Assembly: GCA_951406725.2 (NCBI GenBank)
Contig: OX597818.1
Coordinates: 123,752,001 to 123,816,000, forward strand
Length of the DNA: 64,000 nucleotides
Direction of reading: 5' to 3'
Source: Octopus vulgaris
Lineage: Eukaryota
This document shows, piece by piece, positions 1-13,735 of this stretch (position 1 is the stretch's first letter; every line of letters starts with the position of its first letter). The notes under the pieces are model-generated. The model did no database searches, had not been told where the DNA came from, and was given only the letters and a program-made list of their open reading frames with translations. Position numbers and translations under genes: made by a program.

Positions 1-210
1 CATACATACATACATACATACATGCATACATACATACATACATACATACACACTCACACACATACATACATACATACATACATACATACATACATACATA
101 CGTACGTACGTACATACATACATACATACATACATACGTACATACATACATACATACATACATACATACATACATACACATACATACATACATACATACA
201 TACATACGTA
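1..210. repeat. (TACA)n microsatellite
   Basis: Direct tandem TACA/CATA repeat. Confidence 0.95.
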
Positions 211-442
211 TACCTACTCACATATACGCTTTTAATTAGCTATCGACGTATGTTGCTTCCTCTATTCTTGCGTAGATTCTTTTTAATATATAGCGAAGTT
301 CTTTCCGGGTAATTTTTTAACCTTCTAACACTAAGATGCAAAGTTTAACAAAGCGAAGACACTTAGCCAAGTCTGATCGTTCATAATAATAGTCAATTAC
401 GTACAGTATTGTGTTTAATATTTGATGAACTCAAAGTCAGTG

Positions 443-1000
443 AGGTGGCAGACTCGTTAGCACGCCGGGCGAAATGCTTGGCGGCATTTCGTCTGCCGTT
501 ACGTTCTGAGTTCAAATTCCGCCGAGGTCGACTTTGCCTTTCATCCTTACGGGGTCGATAAATAAAGTACCAGTTACGCACTGGGGTCGATATAATCGAC
601 TTAATCTGTTTGTCTGACCTTGTTTGTCCCCTCTGTGTTTAGTCCCTTGTGGGTAGTAAAGAAATAGGTATTTCATCTGCCGCTACATTCTGAGTTCAAA
701 TTCCGCCGAGGTCGACTTTGCCTTTCATCCTTACGGGGTCGATAAATAAGTACCAGTTACTCACTGGGCTCGATGTAATCGACTTAATCCGTTTGTCTGT
801 CCTTGTTTGTCCTCTCTGTGTTTTTAGCCCCTCGTGGGTAGTAAATAAATAGGTATTTCGTCCGACTTTAGATTCTGAGTTAATTCCGACTTTATCTTTC
901 ATCCTTTCGAGGTCGGTGAAACGAGTACCACTTGAACACTGGGATTGATCTAATCGATTTATTCCCAGCCCCAAAATTGCTGACCTTTTGCCAAAATTAG
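443..1000 (+). mobile_element. SINE family A (tRNA-derived head, Meta/MESC-like central domain), internally multimeric
   Basis: A/B-box-like head (GGTGGCAGACTCGTTAG...GAGTTCAAATTCC); GCCTTTCATCCTT.CGGGGTCGATAAA..AGTACCAG domain occurs about 3 times; matches copies at 1.5k, 6.3k, 6.9k and 31-32k. Confidence 0.8.
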
Positions 1001-1504
1001 AAACCAGTATTTGGTGAACTGTGATGACATTGCTTCTTTCTCCATAGCGAGCTGACGACAGGTATCCATAAACATGAGCTAACCAAAACTTTCTAAGTGA
1101 ATTTTGTAAACGAATAAAGCAATGGGAGAAGTGTGTCACCATTGGTGGTGGCTATGTAGAGAAAGACTAATAATTATGCCAAGTTTCGTTTATCCCAGTC
1201 CTTGGGAAGTGGGTCAGGGGAAATCTTTAATGAACACCCCTTGTGTATATATATATATATTAAATATATGTTATTTTATTCTTTTATTTATTTCAGTCAT
1301 TGGGCTTCCAAGCATGGGACATTGCCTTAAATAGTTTAGTCGATCAAATTTAGTCCAGCACTTATTTATTTATTTCGACTTTATTTTAAGTAATATTCTA
1401 CAGGTTGTTTTGCCCTCTGCCCTACAAAGTTAAGTGAATGTAAACGGACTAATATCACTGAGGCTAAAAGCGAAAAATCAATGATACATTTTGAATTATT
1501 CTTT

Positions 1505-1840
1505 TCTACTCTAGGCCCGAAATTTTGGGGGAGAGGGTCAGTCGATTAGATCGACCCCAGTACGCAACTGGTACTTATTTTATCTACGCCGAAAGGATGA
1601 AAGGCAAAGTCGACCTCGGCGGAATTTGAACTCAGAACATAAAGACAGACGAAATACTTATTTCTTTACTACCCACAAGGGGCTAAACACAGAGGGAACA
1701 AACAAGGACAGACAAACGGATTAAGTCGATTATATCGACCCCAGTGCGTAACTGGTACTTTATTTATCGACCCCGAAAGGATGAAAGGCAAAGTTGACAT
1801 TTCGCCCGGCGCGCTAACGTTTCTGCCAGCTCGCCGCCTT
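1505..1840 (-). mobile_element. SINE family A copy (dimeric)
   Basis: Reverse complement of the 443-1000 motifs. Confidence 0.8.
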
Positions 1841-2736
1841 ATTTTGAATTATTATTATACAAGTTGATAAGCGTTCGAAAGGCTGCGTTAGGTGAATCAC
1901 TGTTGACTTAACTGGAGTAACTACAGACACAATAATGAAGAAATGAAGAATAGTGAATGAACGATTAAGTCACTTTTGAAACGAATTCAATAAACCAAGT
2001 CTCAACGAAAAGGATTTTTCTCGCTGTTAATATATAGGTATTTTCCCTTCCTCTTTTACTTCTCCCTCACTAAACCGAACACGCCAACAAGATTTACATT
2101 GTGAGAGAGAAGCCTAAATATGATTGAATTTCGAAACGGGTAGGGAAGGAAATATTGACCGCCAAAAAGAAGAATACCTGATTACTACTGTTCGACAAGA
2201 GACTTCTCTTGGCTACTTGACAGCAAGACGTATAATCTTCTTGTCATAACGTTCACGAAATAATGAAAGATTGCGTAGACCTTTACCTTATATGCAATCC
2301 CAACTGTCAAACAAGTGTGAACTTCGAAATCTTTTTTAGATTTCTGAATATATTTCTCATTTTCACACCTGTCTCGTATTTTCAGTAACGTGCTCACAAA
2401 TATCCTCTCTTCCACTTTCTTTCTATCCCACCATATTGGAACTCCTGTGCGCACGCGTGAGTGTAAGTTTGTGTATACACGCACATATATATTTACATAT
2501 ATGTATTATATGTACATACATACGTATTGTGAAGTCCCAGTCAACTAGACCTTTTCGATAAATTTTTCTCTACATTCAGTAGAGTTAGCCAATCTATGAA
2601 TGAAGCATCGTTATTCTTAAACTTGCTTTAAACTTAACATACATGCCTCCCATATATATCAAGATATGTGAGTATGTCTGTGTGAGTGTGTGTTTGTGTG
2701 CGTGTGTGTGAATGTATTAATGTCATATATACATTT

Positions 2737-2774
<38 letters not shown>

Positions 2775-2775
2775 T

Positions 2776-2885
2776 GGCCCGCTCGCTTAGCCAGAGGGGT
2801 GGCGTCATTCGAAGGCTAAAACAATGCGAACTCATTGTGACCAGCAATGTGTAACAACGTCTGATGGTCTTGTCGGTCACGTGAT

Positions 2886-2893
<8 letters not shown>
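2776..2893 (+). mobile_element. SINE family B tail-2 fragment between (TA)n tracts
   Basis: Matches 52405-52525 (GCTCGCTTAGCCAG..GGTGGCGTCATTCGAAGGCTAAAA...GGTCAC). Confidence 0.75.
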
Positions 2894-2981
<88 letters not shown>

Positions 2982-3107
2982 ATATATATATATATATATA
3001 CACATATGCATGCATATACAATGGAATTCCGTCGGTTTCGATGAGTGTTTAGTTATTCGACCTGCTGAACTATCTGTTTCTTGAATTAATGTGTAAGTGA
3101 TTGAGTG

Positions 3108-3150
<43 letters not shown>

Positions 3151-3230
3151 CACGCACAAACAAACACATGCGCACAAGCACACATTTTATGCATACACAC
3201 GTGTGCTGGCGTGTGTGTGTGTATATGGTG

Positions 3231-3263
<33 letters not shown>

Positions 3264-3842
3264 GTTGAATTTACAAACAAGAAGAAGAAATATAGAACAA
3301 ATACTTCTGTCTCTGAAAAGTATCCTAGCTTGTATAGTGTAGATGTGAGTAATTGTAGTATTGAAGTCATTCTACGTTAGTACTCGGAGTTTCGCGTATA
3401 TCGCTGATCGCATAACAGAATAATAATGCAGAAAACATAGTATTCAAATCATAAAATATCGATAAGTAATCAATTACTGAATAATAAATGCATCAACTGA
3501 AAAATAATTAAAAATGAGAATATGTGTGAGAATATTTATTTTACGAGTGTCTATGAAGGAGAGAATGTTTGTACGCGTGTGTTTTTATGCCTAATTCCTT
3601 ATCTAAGTAGCTATCTTCGTATCTTCGTATGCATATTTTTATCTGTCAATTTATCGTTGTATCTGTCTGTCAATCTGCCCGTTTACTTTTTCATTCGTTA
3701 ATGTTTCACAAATGAAAAATAATGAGTTGAGAAACTGTCATAAAACCGATCGTACTCTTACAATTAAACGACAAACTTTTCCCATCACGGTTGTGTAAAT
3801 CTAAAAAGTATCAAGCGAGAAAAATAACTTTAATGATATGTA

Positions 3843-5487
3843 CTGGGTGACCCAGAAAGATTTACCGATGATTAAAAAAAAACTCGAGAATTATTGGATA
3901 AAACAATTATACTGTTGATTGCGCACAGTAATTCGTGTATGTTTAAGTTTTAAGTGTGCCTAGTTTTGTTCGCCTATACTAACTTGATCAATAAATATGG
4001 CGTCTCAAGTTAAAAGTGATCAAATTGGATTAAAATCAGCAGCAAAAATTTAATAACAATATTACAAAACAGCTCAATGTGTGTTTTAAAATTATGTTTA
4101 ATGTCTGGAAACTTTAGAATCAATCAGGCATGGCATCAAGCAAGTCAGAACTGTTCGAACTAAACCTATGATTGATACTGTGCGAAAGAAAGTTCGCAGG
4201 AATCCTCGTGGAAGCTTGTGAAAATGGGTTAGAGAGCTTAATATTTAAAAAATCTTCGATGCACAGGATTTGAAAAGAGGATTTCAGACCAAGGGCATAC
4301 AAAAAGCAACCCAGACAAAAACTTTCAGTTGTTTCGAAGAAAAAAATGGCTCGACAGGGAGAATAATGTTAACGGAGATGAACAAGCGCCATAAACAAAA
4401 TCTTCGTTTGGATTAATTTGATCTTCACTATGGAGACTGTCATGAACAAACAGAATGACTAGCTGTATGCTAATGATGCTTACGGCTTGCCTCAAGTGAG
4501 CTGAGCCCATTTTCGTCGTCAGAAACCAGCTGGGGTTGTGGTGTGAGCTGCCGTAGCATCTGAGATATCTAAGTCTCCTTTGATCTTCGTTATCGAGGGT
4601 GTTAATGTGAATAGCACAGTTTACGTCAAAATGTTCGAATAAAACGTGCTGCCTTGGTTAAATTCGATGGAAGCACTCCGTCGGTTACGACGATGAGGGT
4701 TCCGGTTGATCCGAATCAACGGAACAGCCTGCTCGTGAAATTAACGTGTAAGTGGCTGAGCACTCCACAGACACGTGTACCCTTAACGTAGTTCTCGGGG
4801 ATATTCAGCGTGACACAGAGAGTGACAAGGCCGGCCCCTTGAAATACAGGTACAACAGAAACAGGAAGTAAGAGTGAGAGAAAGTTGTGGTGAAAGAGTA
4901 CAGCAGGGATCATCACCATCCCCTGCCGGAGTCTCGTGGAGCTTTAGGTGTTTTCGCTCAATAAACACTCACAACGCCCGGTCTGGGAATCGAAACCGCG
5001 ATCCTCCGACCGCGAGTACGCTGCCCTAACCACTGGGCCATTGCGCCTCCACCTTGGTTAAATGAAACATTTGGAAACAAGTACCCCAGCCGACGCCTCA
5101 AATTTACGCAAAAACGGTGCAGAGAACGTTTTGAGGACAAGAAATTTTTAGCCTCCTTCACGCCCAGATATCAACCCAATGACCTTCTCTTTTCGGTCTA
5201 TTTTAGAGAGTGATGTCACAGCTACCTCATACTCAAGTGTGGCAGATTTGAAAGGGTCTCTTCTTACTGCGTGGAGTAAATTTTACGAAGTGGTGCGGCA
5301 CTGTTGCAGTCCAGTAACCACTCGTTTGGAGAGTGATGAAAGCAATAGGGGGTCATTGTGAAATCTGATTGGTGTACTAGATAGGTCAAATATAGTTCTT
5401 ATAATCTAGGAAGTCTGATTTCCCCCTCTTGATTACATTTTAATTAATTACAAAAATATGAAAGGTAAATCTTTCTGAGATACCCAG
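3843..5487 (+). mobile_element. Decayed Tc1/mariner-superfamily (maT/DD37D-like) DNA transposon
   Basis: TIRs CTGGGTGACCCAGAAAGATTTACC / GGTAAATCTTTCTGAGATACCCAG flanked by TA; frameshifted transposase with RRQKPAGVVV*AAV..KSPLIF and PPSRPDINPM..SILESDV; interrupted by a SINE. Confidence 0.85.
4664..5051 (-). mobile_element. SINE family B (tail-1), full length, inserted in the Tc1 element
   Basis: tRNA-like head TGGAGGCGCAATGGCCCAGTGGTTAGG...GGTTTCGATTCCC; TSD CCTTGGTTAAAT at 4652-4663 and 5052-5063. Confidence 0.9.
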
Positions 5488-5784
5488 TAAATTTCTGGAA
5501 AATACAAACATATATACATACAAATATAATTAAATCGCCAAAAGGTTTGGTACGTGTATAGATATGAAAAGAGTTGGATAAAATGACTTGCATAGACAGA
5601 AATTCACATCTGTGCAAGCACACATACATACACGCACCCACCTACACACACACGCGCACACACACACACACACACACTCACACACACACTCACGCACATA
5701 TTTTTGTATATGCATACGCATATACATATATACATATATGTTTGTATGTGTATTTACATACGTATATAGATATATATACATATG

Positions 5785-5856
<72 letters not shown>

Positions 5857-5987
5857 AAAATTATAAGTATATGAAAGAATGGAGCTGACCGACTAGTTAA
5901 CAAATTTCTTTCTGATGTGAATTTGCTACCCAGGTATCGGTTATCTTTCGAATTATCCTTAATAAGATAATTCATTCAACTACTCAA

Positions 5988-6028
<41 letters not shown>

Positions 6029-6298
6029 CACGCATGTATGTGTATGTGTGTATATATGTGTGTGTATGTAGGAATATATTTAAATACGATGTATGCTTGT
6101 GTGTGTGTGCGTGTTGATTTTTGTAGTATGAAAGCCTATAAATACTAAAAACTGCCTTCTGACTTGTGTTTATCAAATTTTGATATTTGTCTGTTATTGT
6201 ATGATAAGTAAACAGAATTATTTACTATAAGGACATTAATTTTGTTCATCCAACATTTTTGGGTCGACTATATATATATATATCGACTATATATATAA

Positions 6299-6529
6299 GG
6301 CGGCGAGCTGGTAGAAACGTTAGCACGCCGGGCGAAATTCGTAGCAGTATTTCGTCTGTCGTTACGTTCCGAGTTCAAATTCCGCCGAGGTCGACTTTGC
6401 CTTTCATCCTTTCGGGGTCGACAAATTAAGTACCAGTTTCGCACTGGGGTCGATGTAATCGACTTAATTCCTTTGTCTGTCCTTGTTTGTCCCCTCTACG
6501 TTTAGCCCGTTGTGGGTAGTAAAGAAATA
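6299..6529 (+). mobile_element. SINE family A monomer in (TA)n
   Basis: Full head plus central domain plus tail ending GGGTAGTAAAGAAATA. Confidence 0.85.
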
Positions 6530-6859
6530 TATATATATATCAGCAGACTATATAGATCAACAGATGTGTTTTGGTGTGTACATATGTGCACACACTGTGT
6601 AGCTGCATTTATAGATATATCAATATCACAGTAACTGTTGCGAGTAACGGTCACCTTAGCCATTTCAGAACATAGATAAACTGATACATTTCTTATTTTG
6701 CTTTCTTGAGGTTTGGCAAAATTTCGTCACATTTCTGCGACCTGATGATGAAAACATATTGCTAACATTTTCAAACCTCAAAAAATAAAGGAAAATTGGA
6801 TATAGATTTTCTTAAGAATTCTTAAATAACTCAAATGCTTCCAAGTTCTGATACAAGGC

Positions 6860-7048
6860 AAGCAATTTCGGGGGAGGGGGCAGGTCGATTAGATCGACCC
6901 CAGTGCTTAACTGGTAATTATTTTATCGACTCTGAAGGATGAAAGGCAAAGTCGACCTCGGCGGGATTTCGACTCAGAACATAAAAACAGATGAAATGCC
7001 GCTAAGCATTTAGCCCCGCGTAATAACGATTCTGCCAGCTCGCCGCCT
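6860..7048 (-). mobile_element. SINE family A copy
   Basis: Reverse-complement match to family A. Confidence 0.8.
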
Positions 7049-7113
7049 TTGAGCAGCCAATGGTCACGATATTGTTGCAACAGTTTCGGTTATTAGTTAT
7101 ACAGTCCTGGGAC

Positions 7114-7495
7114 TGGAAGCACTCCGTCGGTTACGACGACGAGGGTTCCGGTTGATCCGAATCAACGGAACAGCCTGCTCGTGACATTAACGTGTAAGTG
7201 GCTGAGCACTCCACAGACACGTGTACCCTTAGCGTAGTTCTCGGGGATATTCAGCGTGACACAGAGTGACAAGGCAGGCCCTTTGAAATACAGGTACAAC
7301 AGAAACAGGAAGTAAGAGTGAGAGAAAGTTGTGGTGAAAGAGTACAGCAGGGATCACCACTATCCCCTGCCGGAGCCTCGTGGAGCTTTAGGTGTTTTCG
7401 CTCAATAAACACTCACAACGCCCGGTCTGGGAATGGAAACCACGATCCTATGACCGCGAGTCCGCTGCCCTAACCACTGGGCCATTGCGCCTCCA
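7114..7495 (-). mobile_element. SINE family B (tail-1), full length
   Basis: Near-identical to 4664-5051; TSD TATACAGTCCT. Confidence 0.9.
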
Positions 7496-8390
7496 CTATA
7501 CAGTCCTACATATACTGTGTCTAATAATAGACGATATATTTAAGGCCGGAACCCTTTCACTATAGGTCTATCGAATTTGATCAGATCTTTGTTAAATAAC
7601 GTCAACTACGAAAGAATTTGAGATCTGTGACAATAAATAGTGACATTGTTTTAATTTCGTTTAATTAACATTATAACCGACTTCTATCCGCATTACTTGT
7701 GTATTTCGGTCTTTCGTGGGAAAGAAAGATTTATTGTAATTTCTTATTTATTGTCTTCTATTATAAATCCATTCACATGAGAATATTTATTCGACTTCGG
7801 TACATGATTGATATTTCATTATATGTCCCTTCCGCCACTTAGAAGTATAACAAGCAAAGTTGGCCTGGGCGGATTTGATCTCAAATCATGAAATATAAAA
7901 AAGGCCATCACTAAACACTGCAAGGCATTTGGTCATGTGTTGTATTCAAGAAGTAATTTACCATATCGCCTTGTAGATTTTTTTAAAGGTCAATTAAGCT
8001 GTTATTGCGGTACCATTTAAAACGTAACTAAACACGGCAAATTAAACACAGAGAGAGAGGGGAGCGAGAAGGAGGAAGAGTGGGAGAGAAACAGACAGAG
8101 GTGGAGGAGAGAGTTTACTATAGGTTGTATACATATGCGTTAACACGTCTTAAGTCAACATATAGTTTGCCTTGGCTGTTATAAATTATAGCGAACTGTT
8201 GACAGGGAAGAATTTATCTGCGGGGGATGTATAGTAATTTCAAGCAATGATCGTTTGTTTGTTTGTCTACGTATGTACGTATGTATGTATTATGTATGTG
8301 TGTGTGTATATATGTATTTATGTTTGTTTGTATGAATGTATTAACATATAAATATATGTACATACATATATCTGCATATGTATATACACG

Positions 8391-8422
<32 letters not shown>

Positions 8423-8490
8423 TATATTTACAGTATATATATATATATACATATACCTATATACATACATATATATGTGTATATATATAT

Positions 8491-8552
<62 letters not shown>

Positions 8553-8565
8553 ATATACATACATA

Positions 8566-8614
<49 letters not shown>

Positions 8615-8647
8615 GCATATATATGTATATGTGTGTGTGTGTCTGTA

Positions 8648-8873
8648 TTGGGCTGGTGCATAATTATTGTGGCTTTTTTTCAACAAATTTTATTCAACAA
8701 AAACAATCACAACATGTAACAGAAACATCTTCAAATGGCTATTCCGGAGCATATTCACCATCTACTTCAATTACTACTTGCCATTTGCTTGGGAGACGGT
8801 CCGACCGTTATTTAAAGATGTTTTTGTTAAATATTGTTATTGTTTTTGCTGAATAAAATTTGTTGCAACCCAA
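8648..8873. mobile_element. mariner-derived MITE with long imperfect TIRs
   Basis: TA-TTGGG(C/T)TG ends; inverted arms CAACAAATTTTATTCA.CAAAAACAAT; minus strand encodes a mariner C-terminus [17 protein letters not shown]. Confidence 0.7.
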
Positions 8874-8884
8874 TATATATATGA

Positions 8885-9690
8885 GAGTATTGTAGTTCGC
8901 CTGAAGCATTGTGCATTGTTTGTAAAGAATAAAATGTTTTGAATGGTACAACAATGCACTATAATACAATGGACTATATATGTACCTGTTATAATTTAGA
9001 CATCCATCTGTAACAATGTAAAAAAAATGCAATGTAAAAAAAAGTTTTATGTGGGTAGCACAAGACCGTTACACGTCCGCATCAAAGAACATCTGAACAC
9101 GAGAGCCTCCTCCTTCAGAAAACATCTAGACAGATGCCGGTACACCGACAAAAGCATAACAGTCACAGCTGAGGCCAATGAAAGAAATTTTGGTAATTTA
9201 AGAATTAAGGAAGCTATACTCATACACAGACCAGGGCCCCAAATTAGCAACTGGCTGGAGGCTGGTAATCAATATATTATTTAGCTAAATCTGGATGCGT
9301 GTAGATTCATTTTTGATAATATGCTCATCTGTAGTTTATAACAAAAAAAAAAGAGAAAAAAAAGAAAGGAAAAAAATGAAGCTGCACGTATAATATGTAA
9401 CTTAGAAGCAGCACTAGAGATGTGCCAACACACACGAGATTGAGACATGGCCGATCTCACACATTTCTCATGAGGAATTCCGGAAGGATCTTCGTATGAC
9501 CACTGCTGAGACGCTTCAAAAAAAGTAATAAAGAAGAAAAGCCGTTGGAAAATCGATTATAGCAGCGACTTCATCTAAGAATATCTGAAGAAGGAATTTA
9601 ATTCCGAAATATCATATCAGACTATGGATGACTTAGTACATTGTTTGTATTATAGTGCATTGTTATACCATTCAAAACTTGTTATTCCTT
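8885..9690 (+). mobile_element. Penelope-like element 3' remnant (GIY-YIG endonuclease, HHR, inverted terminal copy)
   Basis: ORF 9027-9284 CKKKFYVGSTRPLHVRIKEH...LRIKEAILI; about 8920-8980 is inverted relative to about 9635-9692; HHR at 9581. Confidence 0.8.
9581..9617 (+). ncRNA. Minimal type-I hammerhead ribozyme
   Basis: ATAT-CTGAAGA-A-GGAAT(TTA)ATTCC-GAAA-TA-TC-ATAT. Confidence 0.75.
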
Positions 9691-10028
9691 ATATATATAT
9701 ATATATGTATGTATATATAACCTTACAGTAGTCTGAAACAACTGAATCTTAGTCAGTCAGTTGATGGGCTGCACTATCTCAAATGTTCTTAAAATTTAAA
9801 TCCACATCTTTGTCTATATATCTACCTTCTCTATAATGTTGCCACTTGATATGAAAATTTTTGTATTAATAGAAAACCTCTATAATTGGCTGATGAGTGC
9901 TCAGCATTTTAAAACTGTTGCAATACTTACAACATTTAATAAAATGATGTAGTACGAGACGATCGTACCAAATTACCGGAGTCATTCTTGTTGCTTATTT
10001 TGAATATATATAGGTATGTATATACTTT

Positions 10029-10207
10029 ATTATTAAAGCTGCAAAAACATCAGAAATGTCACAAAAATCTGCTACTCATGGTTTCACGTTCCCGTTCGTC
10101 GAACAGTTTTGAACGAGATTCACAATCAAAACTGTCCGACGAACGGGAACGTAAAAAAAGTAGCAGTATATTGTGATCTTTTGTAATGTTTTTGCAGCTT
10201 TAATAAT
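10029..10207. repeat. Long imperfect palindrome (MITE-like foldback)
   Basis: ATTATTAAAGCTGCAAAAACAT...ACGTTCCCGTTCGTCG is mirrored by CGACGAACGGGAACGT...ATGTTTTTGCAGCTTTAATAAT. Confidence 0.85.
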
Positions 10208-10367
10208 TAAGCATATTACTCTACCTCCGGTATTCGAGTACTACTTTTTCGCACCTTGTTTCACATTTAAGTGCTTACTCTGGTGTGTGTGTATTTATTT
10301 TTGCTTGCAACGGGCGTATCTCCAGCTGCTTCAGATGCCAAGATATCAAAAAATTGTCAAAGTGTAG

Positions 10368-10416
<49 letters not shown>

Positions 10417-10635
10417 GTTGGGTACAGAAATTCAGGGTGAGTACTTGATAATTGTAAGCACCTGTATATACCGTTTGGTGGTGTAGGTGGTGGAGTAAAT
10501 TAATCAAAATAAAAACACGAGATGGGCACTTCATTTTTGTGCTGGTGCCGCATTATGTCGTACGCGAATGAGAGGATTTGCATCCCCAACGTAGAATTTT
10601 TGATGTAACACATGTCCTTGAGGTAGTAATTATGC

Positions 10636-10713
10636 GCGGCTGAAGAAGGCCATAGACGCACATTATGCATTGTTATAAATCCGTCTAATAAAGGCCCGAA
10701 ACATATGTACCGC
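10636..10713 (+). ncRNA. Type-I hammerhead ribozyme with extended stem II
   Basis: GCGG-CTGAAGA-AGGCC.TAGACG...CGTCTA...GGCCC-GAAA-CATATG-TA-CCGC, in a short element between (TA)n tracts. Confidence 0.85.
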
Positions 10714-10742
10714 TGAATCCTTGGCATCATGTTTTTATTTTG

Positions 10743-10776
<34 letters not shown>

Positions 10777-11859
10777 TTACTATTATGAAAAAGTGTCTTA
10801 ATTCCAAAACGTTGCTTTATAGAAAACGAAAAAAATAGCTTCACCATTCCATAGTAAAACCGTTATACTACACTTTGACAATTTTTGATATCTTGGCATC
10901 TGAAACAGCTGGAGATGCGATAGTTTGACTAAAAGAGCCAGCTATTGCAAGCAAAAATAAATATTGAAAAAAGCGCATTGGCCAAATCTAGACGTACGAT
11001 AGTTTAACATAATAGCAACGATATACATATGTCTATGTGTGTGTGTATATATATATGTATATGTGTGTGTGTGTGTATATATATATGTATATGTGTGTGT
11101 GTGTGTGTGTATGTATAAATATATATATATATATACATACATCTATATATATATATGTGTATAATATATATATATATATATATACATACATACATTTTTA
11201 TATTTATATATATATATATATTGTTATTGTTTTTTTCTTTATCGTTGAAGCCGGTCTCTTCAAAGATTGGCACTTTTCTTTCACCGTATCTTCTTAAGTG
11301 CCGGGAAAATTAGCATTAGTTACTAACAGGTAGGTGGTTCACGGAGAATTCAAACAAAAAATAACTGATTTGGTAAGTGCTAATAATAACGATGAAATTG
11401 ATAATGATGATGATGACAACGATGACGACTGTCATTATTGCACTTGCTCTGATACTTCGAGGGAGTTTGGAGGCTCCGGATCTGTGAGATTCTTTGTTTG
11501 CCCCTGGGTGGTGTTTCTCCCTCTATTAGAGATTTTGTTCAGAGTTTTGCAAATTGTTATTGTTTTACTGTTTACACGTTCCTATGTAAAAACCCATTGT
11601 CTTTTGTCTTTGCAATGTCCTAAATGTTGTTTCGCGGAACCTATAGCCAATATAGGAAGAGTTATTATTAGATTAAGTCTACTACTTCAAAACAGAAATA
11701 AGCATTTCCGATGCTCCCGCACAGTTTCCATCTACAAAATTTCATTCACAATACTTTGGTCAGTCCTTGACAATTATGTTCATGGTGCTGTGCCATGGAA
11801 TTGAAACTGATATCTCATAGCTGTGAAATCATACATTTCATCTTTCGTCCTGAACTCGT

Positions 11860-11946
<87 letters not shown>

Positions 11947-12039
11947 GGGTCACACGGGTATATAGAAAAACTTGTTAATACAAAATGTATGGTAAATAAA
12001 CATACGGTATAACGTGTGTGTGTGTGTGTGTGTGTGCTC

Positions 12040-12095
<56 letters not shown>

Positions 12096-12108
12096 GTATG
12101 TATGTATG

Positions 12109-12153
<45 letters not shown>

Positions 12154-12230
12154 TCAAAATGTGACCGCGTGTGTACCGTTGGCGATTTTTTTCCTCTGTC
12201 TTCTCTTCTCTGGATCTTTCCTTCTCCTAT

Positions 12231-12265
12231 GTTTCCGACGAAGAGCTCCGCTCGAAACGTTAAAC
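12231..12265 (+). ncRNA. Variant minimal hammerhead (CCGACGA core)
   Basis: GTTT-CCGACGA-A-GAGC(TCC)GCTC-GAAA-CG-TT-AAAC. Confidence 0.6.
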
Positions 12266-12366
12266 CCTCCTTCTTCCCTTCCTTCCTTCCTGAGCGTCCA
12301 ATAATACTATATTTGTTTCACGTCCTCACGTTGCTGTGTTTTCATATTTAGATTAACTAGCTGCTA

Positions 12367-12403
12367 GTCACGTGACAGCAGCAGGCAGAAGAGAAAGACA
12401 GCA

Positions 12404-12436
<33 letters not shown>

Positions 12437-12502
12437 GGGAGTCACACGGGTATATAGAAAAACTATATACCCGTGTGACTCCCTCGCTTTCTCTCTCTCT
12501 CC

Positions 12503-12544
<42 letters not shown>

Positions 12545-12995
12545 TGCTGTCTTTCTCTTCTGCCTGCTGCTGTCACGTGACCCGCAGCTACCTTCTCTAG
12601 CTCTTCAGCTCTTACACTGCTCTCGAGCTGACTCACAGATTCTGTCTCCGTCCTTTAGGATATTTTCTAAGCGTTACCCACTGTTTTCGTTTTTTGGCCC
12701 TAAGGCTATATTTTGCTCCACTGTTCGTCCTTGTCCACCGCCCTAAATCACACTCTGTGTCAGTTTACTTTGTTTTGTTTTGTTTGCTCTCGGCCCTAGA
12801 TTCTCTGCGAAAAGATTTTTTTTGTTGGCGCCGCCAATTGTGAAACTCTCAATCTTATCATTAAAGGTGCGAAACTGAGTGTTACCAACTGGATGATAAC
12901 TGATGAAGAATTAGGGACCTTCTGTGTTTTTTGTCTCCCGTCCGGTTTTACACTCAATATACGTTATGTTATATGTTTATTTACCATACATTTTC
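12367..12995 (+). mobile_element. Non-coding pLTR-like element with inverted 5' duplication
   Basis: 12367-12457 is inverted relative to 12463-12581; the minus strand of 11908-12012 joins the unit end to the unit start. Confidence 0.6.
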
Positions 12996-13349
12996 ATTTA
13001 TATATATATATATAATTATTATTTGAGGGAATATAAATCCAAACTTACAGGGGAAAAAAATTCAATTTAGAAATACTAAATCAAATTTCACACAATATAA
13101 TATATATATATATATAAATTAGAAAAAACCCACCTTTTATCAATTCAAAAGGAACAATTAAATTACACCATCTAGAAAATTACATATAATAGAAATATTG
13201 ATATTATAATAACAATGTTTATTTACCATACATTTTCATTTATATATATATATATATATATATAATTATTATTTGAGGGAATATAAATCCAAACTTACAG
13301 GGGAAAAAAATTCAGTTTAGAAATACTAAATCAAATTTTACACAATATA

Positions 13350-13412
<63 letters not shown>

Positions 13413-13419
<7 letters not shown>

Positions 13420-13735
13420 TAGAAAAACTCACCTTTTATCAATTCAAAATGAACAATTAAATTACACCATCTAGAAAATTACATATAATAGAAATATTGA
13501 TATTATAAAAACAATAAAATATCAATGATTAAGTAAATTGCAAAAAAAATAATAATAAAAACGTATATAATTATACCAATAATATACGTTTTTAATATTT
13601 GTTTTGCAATTTACTTAATCATTGATATTTTATTGTTTTTATAATATTAATATTTCTATTATATGTAATTTTCTAGATGGTGTAATTTAATTGTTCATTT
13701 TGAATTGATAAAAGGTGGGTTTTTTCTAATTTATA
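13413..13735. repeat. AT-rich foldback palindrome (about 155-bp arms) in (TA)n, preceded by a tandem duplication (about 12975-13510)
   Basis: AAATTAGAAAAACTCACCTTTTATC... is mirrored by ...GATAAAAGGTGGGTTTTTTCTAATTT. Confidence 0.9.

Noticed and set aside
9889-9920. CTGATGA-GTGC..GCAT hammerhead-like motif (similar weak cases at 6742 and 52700-52865)
   Set aside because: GAAA and stem I missing or too degenerate; not counted
11334-11804. 156-aa ORF
   Set aside because: Starts in GAT repeats, has no recognisable domain, and ends in a decayed SINE C fragment
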